A stretch of DNA of 64,000 bases. Source: a candidate division FCPU426 bacterium (lineage in GTDB: Bacteria > Oederibacteriota > Muellerivitia > Muellerivitales > Muellerivitaceae). The notes below the pieces were generated by a model. The model was not told the origin of the DNA, did no database searches, and saw nothing but the letters and a program-made list of their open reading frames with translations. The translations under genes and the position numbers were made by a program. The stretch lies in contig CAWCKJ010000006.1 in assembly GCA_963796105.1 (NCBI GenBank), positions 260,109 through 324,108 on the forward strand. The letters are read 5' to 3'. Shown here one piece after another: positions 43,729 through 53,144 of the stretch (the stretch's first letter is position 1; every line of letters starts with the position of its first letter).

Positions 43729-44562
43729 ATGAACGAATGTGACCAGATACATCCTCTCCTCAGCGGGTATTTGAGCGAAAAACTCACCGCCGATGAAAAA
43801 AGGATTGTCGCCCGTCATTTGAATCTTTGCACGAAGGCGCGGAGGGACTTGGCATTATTGAGGAAAGGCGACACGCTCGTTCCCGAAAAAGGGGGATCCA
43901 TCCCGGTGCCTTGGGATCAAAAGATCATCAACAAACTGTACCGCATCCCTCAAACGGCGGGGGCTTCTGAGGTTCCCCGATCCGGGGAAGAAAACAACCT
44001 GGAACAGGCCCGCGGGAAACCCTTAAAAACCCATGGGTCGGGCCGTTATATTCTTTGGATCGTGCTTTTCTTTATCGCCGCTATTTTGGTGACGCATTTC
44101 GTTCAAAACGGGGCCCAATACAAAGTCATCCGGGATTCCCGCAGGTGGCTGGCCAACCATGGATTGCGAATCTTCGGGGCCAAGTCCGTCCTTGAGCTTG
44201 TCTTGGATGTCACGAACCTTCCCCACTGGGAGGGAAATGCCGCCCCCGTAGCCTTTGAGTATGGCCAATACATCAAGGACCCACGCACCTTGAGGGTTTT
44301 TTGGATGTTTTTATTGCCGAGAGTTTCCCCGCCGTTGATCGATTTTTCCAAGAACGCCCTCGTCGTCGAATTCGCGGGCCAGAAAGACACCGCTGGGTGC
44401 GCGGTGGAATTTAAAAGGATGGAATTTTACACGGATAAGACGGTCCTTTGGTTTGACGAGTCCGCTACTGACGAGGGAAAACCCATGGTGTCGCGTCCCT
44501 GGCAAATCCAAGTGATCCCGAAGCCGAAGCAGGAGCCGGTTCTGATTCAAAGGGTTCCATAA
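43729..44562 (+). CDS. zf-HC2-like anti-sigma N-terminus, TM and PrcB_C-like domain
   Basis: CDQIHPLLSGYL..HLNLC; PLIDFSKNALVVEFAGQK.TAG. Confidence 0.65.
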   Translation: MNECDQIHPLLSGYLSEKLTADEKRIVARHLNLCTKARRDLALLRKGDTLVPEKGGSIPVPWDQKIINKLYRIPQTAGASEVPRSGEENNLEQARGKPLKTHGSGRYILWIVLFFIAAILVTHFVQNGAQYKVIRDSRRWLANHGLRIFGAKSVLELVLDVTNLPHWEGNAAPVAFEYGQYIKDPRTLRVFWMFLLPRVSPPLIDFSKNALVVEFAGQKDTAGCAVEFKRMEFYTDKTVLWFDESATDEGKPMVSRPWQIQVIPKPKQEPVLIQRVP

Positions 44563-44634
44563 TTTTTGGTGGCAAACAGGGTTTGAACAGGCCCCTGCCA
44601 TTGAGCGCGAGCGACTAAATACTTTGGAGATTTC

Positions 44635-45729
44635 ATGAAAATCGGAATTGTCGGACTGCCTAACGTCGGGAAATCGACCTTTTTCAATGCCATCACAAAA
44701 TCAAAGGCCCCAGCTGAAAATTATCCCTTTTGCACCATTAATCCCAATGTGGGAGTGGTCACCGTGCCGGATGAGCGCATTGACCGTCTGGCGGAAATGG
44801 AGGAAAGCGCCAAAAGGGTCCCGGCTATCGTTGAATTCGTGGACATCGCGGGGCTGGTGCGGGGGGCGAGCCAGGGGGAGGGTTTGGGAAACAAGTTTCT
44901 CTCCCACATCCGGGAAGTGGACGCCATCGCCATGGTAGTGCGGTGTTTCGAGGACGCCGATATCGTCCATGTTGAAGGCTCGGTGGACCCCTTGCGGGAT
45001 ATCGACACGATCATGACAGAACTATGCCTCGCGGACCTGGAAACAGTGGAGAAGCGCCTCGCGAAATCAGATAAAGGCAAGCGAGCGGGGGACAAGGCCG
45101 CGGCGGCGGAATTCGAGCTGTTTTCAAACGTCAAAAAAATCCTAGCTGAGGGCAAGCCGGCTATCGCGCTGGAGGCTGACGCGGACCAGGAAAAAAAGCT
45201 GAAGGAGCTGACGCTTCTTACACGCAAGCCGTTCCTTTACATCGGCAACGTGTCCGAGGGGGAATTGGCCGATATATCCAAGAGCAAGCACTATCAAAGG
45301 CTTTTGGAAAACACAAGTAAACTGAGGGCCACCTGCCTTCCGATTTCCGCGAAAATCGAGTCGGAAGTGGCGGAGCTTTCCGACGAGGAGGCTGTCCAGT
45401 TTTTGGCCGGCTTGGGGGTTCAAGAGCGGGGTCTTCACGCCATCATTCGGAAGTCCTATGAAACCCTGGGTTTGATCTCGTTTTTCACGGCCGGCCCTAT
45501 CGAGTCCAAGGCCTGGACGATCACGAACGGGACCACCGCCCCCGCCGCCGCGGGGAAAATCCATTCCGACATCGAGCGGGGCTTCATCCGGGCGGAGGTT
45601 TATTCCTACAGGGATCTTGTCGCGGCAGGCTCGACGGCCAAGGCCCGCGAGGCGGGAAAGCTTCGGATCGAGGGCAAGGAATATGTCATGAGGGACGGGG
45701 ACGTGGTGCATTTCCGGTTTAATGTTTAA
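44635..45729 (+). CDS. ychF: Redox-regulated ATPase YchF
   Basis: GIVGLPNVGKSTFFNA, NYPFCTI, DIAGLV, FRFNV end. Confidence 0.97.
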   Translation: MKIGIVGLPNVGKSTFFNAITKSKAPAENYPFCTINPNVGVVTVPDERIDRLAEMEESAKRVPAIVEFVDIAGLVRGASQGEGLGNKFLSHIREVDAIAMVVRCFEDADIVHVEGSVDPLRDIDTIMTELCLADLETVEKRLAKSDKGKRAGDKAAAAEFELFSNVKKILAEGKPAIALEADADQEKKLKELTLLTRKPFLYIGNVSEGELADISKSKHYQRLLENTSKLRATCLPISAKIESEVAELSDEEAVQFLAGLGVQERGLHAIIRKSYETLGLISFFTAGPIESKAWTITNGTTAPAAAGKIHSDIERGFIRAEVYSYRDLVAAGSTAKAREAGKLRIEGKEYVMRDGDVVHFRFNV

Positions 45730-45933
45730 GGTGCCCGGTATCCCAGGAATCTGGTAAAACCCTGCTCTTGTTGAATCATACGGGCGGTTTATCAATCGAA
45801 GATAACCAAATAATTCATAAATTTCCTTCATGAAAAGACCTTTACAAATGGATCATCCTGCCTATAACTTGGGGCTTTCAGGGAAGCCCTGGGCCAGGAT
45901 GCCAGCCGAAAAGGATGAAGGGGAACGGGAGAC

Positions 45934-46596
45934 ATGCCGAACTTGTCAAAACGCTTGAAAATCAGCTTAGAGTCGCGGGATTTGACCGCAAAATTCCTTC
46001 GATTAGGTTTTTCCATCACGGCCCTATTCCTTTTTTCGGGAAGGGCATGCGCGTTCAAGGCGGATGATTTCACCAGGATCTTTGGATTGAAATTGGGCAT
46101 CAGCTCGATTTTTGACGCGAAGAAAAAACTGGGCAAGGCCCCTGTCTTTGAGATCCAGGACGGCGCGACTTACGAGGATAAACTCACCTATATCCTGCCT
46201 GATGAGAACGAGAAAATCGAGTTCAGCACCGGGAAATTCGGCGGAAAAAAAAGGGTTTTACTAAGCTACACCGTGAGCCTGGCTGATAAAACCGACCAGG
46301 AGAAACTGATTAGGCTGAGATTAAACCTCCAACGGATTGACGTTAAAGGCCTTCATTTGGGCCTCAAGCGCAACGAGGTGGAGGCGCTCCTGGCGGATTG
46401 GAAATTAAAAGGGGATTATGTCTGCACCGCCCACCAAACCGCGGAGAACGAGCTCATGTTTTGGTACTCGAAGAAAGTGACCGAAAAAGTGAAGAGAAAA
46501 AAAATATCCATCGATGTCACCATCACCATCGACACCTTTTTTGACGAAACGGAAACCTTGTCGAGCTACCGCGTCACGGAGATCGTTGGAAGCTGA
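45934..46596 (+). CDS. Hypothetical exported protein
   Basis: 220-aa ORF with signal-like segment and internal two-fold repeat (GLKLG/GLHLG). Confidence 0.55.
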   Translation: MPNLSKRLKISLESRDLTAKFLRLGFSITALFLFSGRACAFKADDFTRIFGLKLGISSIFDAKKKLGKAPVFEIQDGATYEDKLTYILPDENEKIEFSTGKFGGKKRVLLSYTVSLADKTDQEKLIRLRLNLQRIDVKGLHLGLKRNEVEALLADWKLKGDYVCTAHQTAENELMFWYSKKVTEKVKRKKISIDVTITIDTFFDETETLSSYRVTEIVGS

Positions 46597-46689
46597 CCCG
46601 CAGATTGAGCGGGTTTTCAATCCCGGATAAACCCGTTCCTGTTTTAAATTCGAAAATAAAACCCGAAAACATTGTCTCTTTGGATATTT

Positions 46690-46902
46690 TATCCGCCTTC
46701 GCCAGAACATCCCGGTTTTAGCGGGGATGAATGAAGGAAGGGCTATGGCGAATTCAGCATACGTCTTGTCGGCGGATACCCGCCGAAGCCGCCCGTCCCC
46801 TGAAGCCTTCGCCCAACGCTGAAAGCCGCGGGCGACAGGCGACGAAAGAGGATGGCGGAGGTGGGTCGATATAGGTACCACGGGCTTGCCAGTGGAGCTA
46901 CA
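46690..46902. repeat. Composite palindromic (REP-like) repeat, copy 2
   Basis: Last 30 nt match 38192-38221 at 27/30; same tatccgccttcgc start. Confidence 0.6.
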
Positions 46903-47082
46903 ACATTTTCCCTTTGGCGGTTTGGAGCCCCCAGCGTTGGTGGAAACTGTCCGTGCGGTAGGACCAGGCCGATAAATCAGGATATCTGCGTGAGACGTGG
47001 TATTATTTTAGGGATGATTCAACCAGGCCGGTTGGTTTGAAACGGCCTGTGGAACTCATTTGTGGGGTTTGGGAGGCTGCTG

Positions 47083-47733
47083 ATGGTTGAATGGATGAAC
47101 AAGGAAAACTTCAAGAATTGGAACCTGACACCCTCCGAGCTGTCAGCCATCATGGTCCACAAGTATCACCTGTCCGAAAACCTAAAGAGGGAAGTCCCTA
47201 TCGATGAAGCCATCGCGGATTTTCTTGAGCGTTATATGGAGGATTTCCATAAGGAACAGACCCGTATCCAAAACCAGCACCAGTTAGAGGAAATAAAAAA
47301 ATACCGCTGGATCGAGTCCGAGAAGGCGGGAAGGGATATCGGTATCGAGAACGCCGCCCAGGATTGGCGCGCCAAATACGCCGCCATCTACCGTGACGAG
47401 AGCGAGGCGCTGGAGAAACATAATTTCCTGACCCTGGAAACGAGGGTGATGAACAGGGATGGGATCCATGTGCGTCCAGCGGGGACCCTGGCCACTTTGG
47501 CCGCGCAGTACGACGCGGACGTTTATGTCTCAAAGGAAGGTGACATGGATCACTACAATTTCGTACTCAAGGATAAACCGTACATCAATTTCAAGTCCGT
47601 CATGATCAACCTGCTCACCATCAACGCGGCCCAGGGGGCCAAGCTGACCTTCATCGCCTACGGCCGGCAGGCTGCGGAAGTCCTGGAGGCCATCAAGAAG
47701 CTGATAGAGGCCAGGTTCGGGGAAAAAGGTTAA
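47083..47733 (+). CDS. Tandem DUF4032-like domains fused to an HPr phosphocarrier domain
   Basis: HKYHLSE and KYRWIESEKAGRDIG..AAQDW repeats; HPr GIHVRPA (His15 equivalent) and NFKSV (Ser46 equivalent). Confidence 0.75.
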   Translation: MVEWMNKENFKNWNLTPSELSAIMVHKYHLSENLKREVPIDEAIADFLERYMEDFHKEQTRIQNQHQLEEIKKYRWIESEKAGRDIGIENAAQDWRAKYAAIYRDESEALEKHNFLTLETRVMNRDGIHVRPAGTLATLAAQYDADVYVSKEGDMDHYNFVLKDKPYINFKSVMINLLTINAAQGAKLTFIAYGRQAAEVLEAIKKLIEARFGEKG

Positions 47734-47778
47734 CTGTAAATTGAAAAGGTCCCCGCCGGTTTAAGGCCTTCCCTCATA

Positions 47779-48200
47779 ATGGATCACGCTGGTTCCCTTC
47801 CGAAAATACCGGGTTTTAACCGCTGGTGGATCAATCCCGGCAAGGTGATCGGCGGACCCAGCTTTGCCTATGTCAACGTGAAGGAAATTATGGATTTATT
47901 CAATTTAGGCGTTGTCGAAATTTTGAATTTCCAGGCCGGCTGGGAAGATCCTGCCTATTTGAAACACGTGAGGGAATGGGAAGGAAAAGTCGGCGGAAAA
48001 ATCGGATTCCTCAATGTGGGTATAATGGAAGGCAAGGTGCCCACTGAATAACAGGTCTTTCAATCAATCGGGTACATTCGTGAGTCGCTGCGAAAACCAT
48101 CAAGTTTAATCTATGTGCATTGCGCGGCGGCGGATCAGGTATTGGGTTTGCCGCATGAGAGACGGTTCGCTGGTGCTGGCGATTACAGGAAAGTCCCGGA
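47779..48200 (+). pseudogene. Degraded dual-specificity/tyrosine phosphatase
   Basis: In-frame TAA at 48049-48051; reading continues QVFQSIGYIRESLRKPSSLIYVHCAAA, an eroded HCxxGxxR loop. Confidence 0.6.
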
Positions 48201-48442
48201 GACCATTCACTAGAGGAAACTCGTCACGGAATGGGTACCTTCCGGATTTAAAGAATAAATATCGTCAGTCTGTTTTACAATCAATGGGAAATTGAATGAT
48301 GTAGGTCTGTTTTCATCTTTATTTGCCAGGAATAAGGATTTAAAAACTTGAAAGATATAGCGGATATCTGGTAAAACTATCGCCTAAATAAAGGCAAAAT
48401 CCATGATTTGTGGCAATATATAGGTATCTGACACAGGCTTTC

Positions 48443-48479
48443 GCGGGAATAACTCAGTGGTAGAGTGCAACCTTGCCAA
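48443..48479 (+). tRNA. 5' half of tRNA-Gly(GCC), ending at the anticodon loop (att-like junction)
   Basis: GCGGGAA TA ACTC AGTGGTA GAGT G CAACC TTGCCAA, followed by non-tRNA sequence instead of GGTTG. Confidence 0.85.
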
Positions 48480-48624
48480 CGTGAGTTCCGTCTGTCAGTT
48501 CTTTTCTGAAAAAATCCTTATAAACAAACAAAAAACTTAATTTTTTTGCCTCAGCTTCCTGATCAAATGTCACTGGTGAAGGTGTCACAAAATGCCACAA
48601 AATGACAGGGTGTGACACCAGAAT

Positions 48625-48644
48625 TTTGCCACGGCTTTGCCACA
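48625..48644 (-). repeat. Tandem GTGGCAAA repeat (arm-site/iteron-like), inverted copy
   Basis: Reverse complement reads TGTGGCAAAGCCGTGGCAAA, identical to 56859-56878. Confidence 0.7.
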
Positions 48645-48668
48645 AAAACCCATTTGAAGGGGCTCTTG

Positions 48669-48733
48669 GAATGCAACCAGAGGTAAGGTTGCATTCGCCT
48701 ATTAAAGGAGTGCAACCGGGAAGGGTTGCACTT
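48669..48733. repeat. Two TGCAACC-N6/8-GGTTGCA palindromes
   Basis: GAATGCAACC agaggtaa GGTTGCATTC and GAGTGCAACC gggaag GGTTGCACTT. Confidence 0.7.
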
Positions 48734-48799
48734 ATCTTCAAATTCCCGATGATTTTTAAATCTCAAAAAATATTCGAAAATTCCATGATTTTTTTAGGT

Positions 48800-48819
48800 T
48801 GTGGCAAAGTCGTGGCAAA
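48800..48819 (+). repeat. Tandem GTGGCAAA repeat, direct copy
   Basis: TGTGGCAAAGTCGTGGCAAA. Confidence 0.7.
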
Positions 48820-48844
48820 GTACATCTCTTGTGTATTTATTAGC

Positions 48845-48899
48845 CTCAAAATCTATCGAGAGTAATCTAATGTCGGTTCAAGTCCGACCGTAGGCACCA
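48845..48899 (+). tRNA. 3' half of tRNA-Leu(CAA), starting at the anticodon loop (att-like junction)
   Basis: CTCAAAA loop, TCTAT stem strand, long variable arm, GTCGG TTCAAGT CCGAC T arm, CGTAGGC A CCA; no D arm or 5' strand upstream. Confidence 0.8.
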
Positions 48900-49271
48900 T
48901 CTTTCCTAACACCCCTATTTTTTCGTTATTTTAGAGTTCGTTTACAACCGGAAAAGCTCTGTCCACCCTATGGGGGCAGGGTTTTTTCTTTTATGAGGGC
49001 TGGTGAGGGCTCCTGACGGGTGCTGATTGCAGAATGAGAGACGGATAAGAGACGGAAAAGTATAAAATGCCCGTGTAATGGGTGACGAACCAATATGGGT
49101 TGACACACAGTTTTTATTATGCGGGGGTAAAAGTGAAAACAACAGGTCTTCAATTTAAGTCCTTTGATCTTCATGTTTATGGCGTAAATTCTTTCCGGCA
49201 GTTGCCCTTGTGGCACAATATCCACTAGACCTTTGACTGCAACAAAACGATTAGCAGAGAGAGTGCGTTAT

Positions 49272-52200
49272 ATGTCCGTGAAGTCTTATAAGCTTAAAAT
49301 CGTTATTCCGCCCGACCGCCCTGAGATCCGGCAATGGCTGTGGAATACTCATGTTCTTTTCAATGAGGGTGTTAAATACCTCCTTCGCCAATTGTTTCTC
49401 ATGCGCCGAGGTAAGGGATGGAACCGCAAAACTAAGAATGGTTCCGCTGAGTGGGTTCCCAATCGGGAGCTTATTGACCGGTTTATACGGGTGGGAAAGA
49501 GCGCGAAAGAGGCGGAGGAACTTGCAGAGGCTTGCCGCCAAATTTACGGGCATAGTTTTCCGAAAAGCGAAAATCGGGATTCCGATGAAAAGGAATCCGA
49601 AGACGAAGAGGACCAAGAGGGTGGTGCCCAGGCGGCAAGGGGGCTATACGGTCCCTTAACCAATCCGGAATCCTCCGGCTTGGGTTTGGTGGGATTGGAG
49701 AAAATCGCCAAAAATTTGCGAAAAGCCATCCAGTCGCCCGAATCCATACGGGAGCCTGATTCCATCCGTTTTGAAAGCGGTGGCCGCAGCCCCGCACACT
49801 ACAAGATTTTCCTTGAGTGGCAATCAAAGGGCATGAAGAAAAATTCCCCATTGCGACAGAAATTCATCGACAAGGCTGAAAGTTACCTAAAGGCAAACGT
49901 TGATGAGAGCGAACTTCTATTCAGGAAGAATCTTCAAAGGGTTCGTCAAGCCTTGGGCGGGAGGGTTTTTGCGCCGGTTTCCGAGTATCTGAAGTTGTTG
50001 TCGAACGACGAAACCGGGTTTGGCGAGGAATTATCCCCGGAATGGGAGCTGGGAATGTTCACGCAGTCCTTTGAAAGACTGCTAACCCATGAGGGGTGGG
50101 CTAGCCGACGACGGAAAGAAAAGGAAGAACAGGAACGCTGGATTCAATTCAAGTTGGAAGGCGGTTGGGAGCATCTTTCCGAAAAGGAAGGAAAAGGGAA
50201 AACACCCAAGAGAATTCAGCTGAAGCCGCCTCCCGATGATCCGAAAAACTGGAAACTGGTGGAGGGTGCTCGGAACCAGGATTGGTATCTTCGATTGGGG
50301 AAATACGAGGAACAAAGGACTTTGGAGGACGGACTTTCTTCTCGACAAGGTTCCCGGGAAAAGGTTGGAATTGACGGTGGTATGACCAAAGGGTGGGGAC
50401 GGATTCGACCATTGCTATTGAAAGCATTAACGAAGGAACAAAGTTCAAAGGAACAATTAACGCAGGTCCTTAATCGTTACCAAGCCGAGAACCCAACTAG
50501 GTTCGGGGATGGAAGGCTTTTTCGCTGGCTCATCCAGGAGGAAAACCATTCCATTTGGAAGGAAAGGGATTATCTGCGGGAATATCTTCGGTTGCGTCCA
50601 AGGCCGATGGGGTCGATTACCTGGACCGACCCTGATCCGCGATTTCATCCTTTGTGGATGCGTTTTGGCCCATCCTCTGCGGTCCCCTATTCACTGGATA
50701 AAAATCTCAGTAGTGTCACCCTGAAGTTGCTCGTGCCGCATCCCCAAAAGAAAAACACCTTTGTCCAGAAGACGGTTGAAGGGGTTCCTTTGGCTCCTTA
50801 CGAAAAGTTCCAAGCCGATTTCAAATACCTGGGTAGAGCCGCAAATTCACCCAAGAAAACTGCCAAGTGGGATTCCGTGAAAGGTTCCACGGAATTGACT
50901 TATTCTGACGACCTTCTCTCCTCCGCGACCGCAAGCACCAAAGGCGCCCGTTTGATGTTTAACAGGGGACAAATCGAAAGATTGGGGCCGGGGGAGACAC
51001 CGGGGGAATATTTCCTAAATTTCAGTTGTGAAATAAAGACTTCGGAAGTCGTTCCGTGGGAGAGGGAATGGCTATATTCCTCGGGTTTTATCGCACGCAC
51101 GGGAATAGAAAATCCCTTGAAGAAAAAAGAAATTTGCGCGGAAGGTTTCTCGAAATATCGGTGGCCCTATTCGCTTATGGTGGATGGTCGGAAAAAATTG
51201 TCTCTTGAAAATGGCGCTCGAATTCTTTCCATAGACCTTGGTATGCGGCATGGCGCAGCTTGGGCTCTTTGGGGATTGTCTTTGAAGGAAGATTCTTATC
51301 ATCCCCAGGCACCAAAACCACATGTAACCGTTGAGGCGGGCGCTTCCGAGGATGGGGAAGTCGTACACGCGCATCTTTTGGGCCGGGGGCTTCTCGACCT
51401 GCCGGGGGAAGACGCTGATTTGCCGGTGGAAACTCAAAATCTCAAAGAAACAATCCGTTCCATCAAGCGCGAATTGAATGTCAATCGCCAACTGCTTTGG
51501 GTTGCCGCCAAACTATCGGAAACGGAGTATGTGACCGTTGAATGGAAGGAAAGCTTCAAGAAGCGTCGGAGTGGAAAGGGTTTTCGGCACAAATGGTCAC
51601 CGATCCGGACCAAACACACGTACTCCTCCGATCAATTACAGAAGAACGCCGTCGATGCCGCCGAAGGCTTACTCGAATTGCAGGGCATGGATGAGATTAG
51701 GAAGGAACTGGAGATGCCCTGGCCTTCTGTCGAAACTCCGGGTGATGAAACGGCTAGGCGGATTTTTTCGGAATTCGTCTTGAGCCACCGTCGAGAAGTC
51801 ACCAATATGATTTTCAAACCACAAAAACCCTTGAAGGGATTTTCGGCCAAAGACCGGAAAAACGCCTACCAACCAAATTCCATCTTTTGGAAAAGGGATA
51901 TGGAACTTCAAAAACGTGTTTTCGCGTTATGGAGGGAAGCGCGGGGAAAACGGAAAAATCGCGGAGGCCTTTCGGCGGGACGCTTGATGGTGTTGACTGA
52001 TTTTTACGACTTGTTAAAAGCCTGGACCTTTAGGCCCCGGAAACCGGGGGAGAGGCGACACATGTCGGAGGATCAGGGGTTCGCCGTAAAGGACAGGGAT
52101 CATCTCCAATCATTGAAGGATGACCGCATCAAGAAACTATCTTTCCTGATAACGGCCCGCGCCTTAGGTTATGAACCAAATTTAACTACGGGTTTGTGGA

Positions 52201-53132
52201 AATATGTGGATGAAAACGGCAAGGCGTTTTGGCAAAGGCCCGAATCTGGTGAGTTTTATAACGACCATCATGGGCGTAATGTTTGTCATCGCCCGAATAC
52301 ATTGAATGATTTGGGGGCCAAACGGCCCCATCCGGTTGGTCCATCTTGCCAATTGGTGGTCTTCGAGAACCTGACACGTTACCGGTTCCGCCAAGATCGG
52401 CCAAGAAATGAGAATTCACAGTTGATGAAGTGGTCTCATCGGGAGATTTTCAATTTTTCCAGTCAGGCGGCCCAGCTATACGGGGTTCGTACGGCTATGG
52501 TATATGCGGCCTTCAGCTCGCAGTATTGTTCTTTTTGTGGGGCGGCTGGGTGCAGGGTGACTCAGATTTCGGAAAATTGGTTTCCGGATGGACAGGCGGT
52601 CCCCTGGTTGCGCCGGATGATGGAACAAAAGGACGACAAGGGAAGGCCAACGGACAGGGCTCGGGAGTTGGCTGAGATCAAGCCGGGGGATTGGACTTCT
52701 TGGGTGTCGGGGGAAGATTTCCTGTGCTCCAATTCCAATTGCCCCCAGGGACAAAAACCCGTGAATGCCGACGAAAACGCCGCATCAAACATCGGGCGGA
52801 GGTTCTTGCAGGGTGTTCCCCCGGATTTCAGGCTAGTTTGTGAAGGGGCACCAAATAATTTGTTGAGGGTCAAAAGCGGGGAATGGAAAGGAAAGTTTTT
52901 AAAGCCTGTTTCGGAAGTTTCCTGGGTTGTTGTCGCGGAGGAAAAAGGGATGCGTAAAAGGGTCCGTAATGAACCAATTGCGGATCAAGAGGATGAGATG
53001 GAGATGGGAGAGGATAACATTAAAATCCTTTTCACTGATCCTGTATCGTTCAAGGGCAGGTGGATGGAATCCAGATTATTCTGGGGACAAGTCCGTCAGA
53101 GCGTGCGTAAAAGGCTTCAAATGATGAAATGA
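49272..53132 (+). CDS. cas12b: Type V CRISPR effector, divergent Cas12b (C2c1)-like, 1286 aa
   Basis: N-terminus SVKSYKLKI..IRQWLWNTHVLFNEGVKY; HPLWMRF; RuvC-I ILSIDLGMR (D655), RuvC-II VVFENL..DRPRNENSQLMKWSHR (E1032), RuvC-III NADENAASNI (D1167); V-B gene order. Confidence 0.88.
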   Translation: MSVKSYKLKIVIPPDRPEIRQWLWNTHVLFNEGVKYLLRQLFLMRRGKGWNRKTKNGSAEWVPNRELIDRFIRVGKSAKEAEELAEACRQIYGHSFPKSENRDSDEKESEDEEDQEGGAQAARGLYGPLTNPESSGLGLVGLEKIAKNLRKAIQSPESIREPDSIRFESGGRSPAHYKIFLEWQSKGMKKNSPLRQKFIDKAESYLKANVDESELLFRKNLQRVRQALGGRVFAPVSEYLKLLSNDETGFGEELSPEWELGMFTQSFERLLTHEGWASRRRKEKEEQERWIQFKLEGGWEHLSEKEGKGKTPKRIQLKPPPDDPKNWKLVEGARNQDWYLRLGKYEEQRTLEDGLSSRQGSREKVGIDGGMTKGWGRIRPLLLKALTKEQSSKEQLTQVLNRYQAENPTRFGDGRLFRWLIQEENHSIWKERDYLREYLRLRPRPMGSITWTDPDPRFHPLWMRFGPSSAVPYSLDKNLSSVTLKLLVPHPQKKNTFVQKTVEGVPLAPYEKFQADFKYLGRAANSPKKTAKWDSVKGSTELTYSDDLLSSATASTKGARLMFNRGQIERLGPGETPGEYFLNFSCEIKTSEVVPWEREWLYSSGFIARTGIENPLKKKEICAEGFSKYRWPYSLMVDGRKKLSLENGARILSIDLGMRHGAAWALWGLSLKEDSYHPQAPKPHVTVEAGASEDGEVVHAHLLGRGLLDLPGEDADLPVETQNLKETIRSIKRELNVNRQLLWVAAKLSETEYVTVEWKESFKKRRSGKGFRHKWSPIRTKHTYSSDQLQKNAVDAAEGLLELQGMDEIRKELEMPWPSVETPGDETARRIFSEFVLSHRREVTNMIFKPQKPLKGFSAKDRKNAYQPNSIFWKRDMELQKRVFALWREARGKRKNRGGLSAGRLMVLTDFYDLLKAWTFRPRKPGERRHMSEDQGFAVKDRDHLQSLKDDRIKKLSFLITARALGYEPNLTTGLWKYVDENGKAFWQRPESGEFYNDHHGRNVCHRPNTLNDLGAKRPHPVGPSCQLVVFENLTRYRFRQDRPRNENSQLMKWSHREIFNFSSQAAQLYGVRTAMVYAAFSSQYCSFCGAAGCRVTQISENWFPDGQAVPWLRRMMEQKDDKGRPTDRARELAEIKPGDWTSWVSGEDFLCSNSNCPQGQKPVNADENAASNIGRRFLQGVPPDFRLVCEGAPNNLLRVKSGEWKGKFLKPVSEVSWVVVAEEKGMRKRVRNEPIADQEDEMEMGEDNIKILFTDPVSFKGRWMESRLFWGQVRQSVRKRLQMMK

Positions 53133-53144
53133 CGGGAGGCATGA

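Noticed and set aside
48480..48844. Group I intron in a tRNA
   Set aside because: The flanking halves belong to different tRNAs (their acceptor and anticodon stems cannot pair) and no intron core is recognisable
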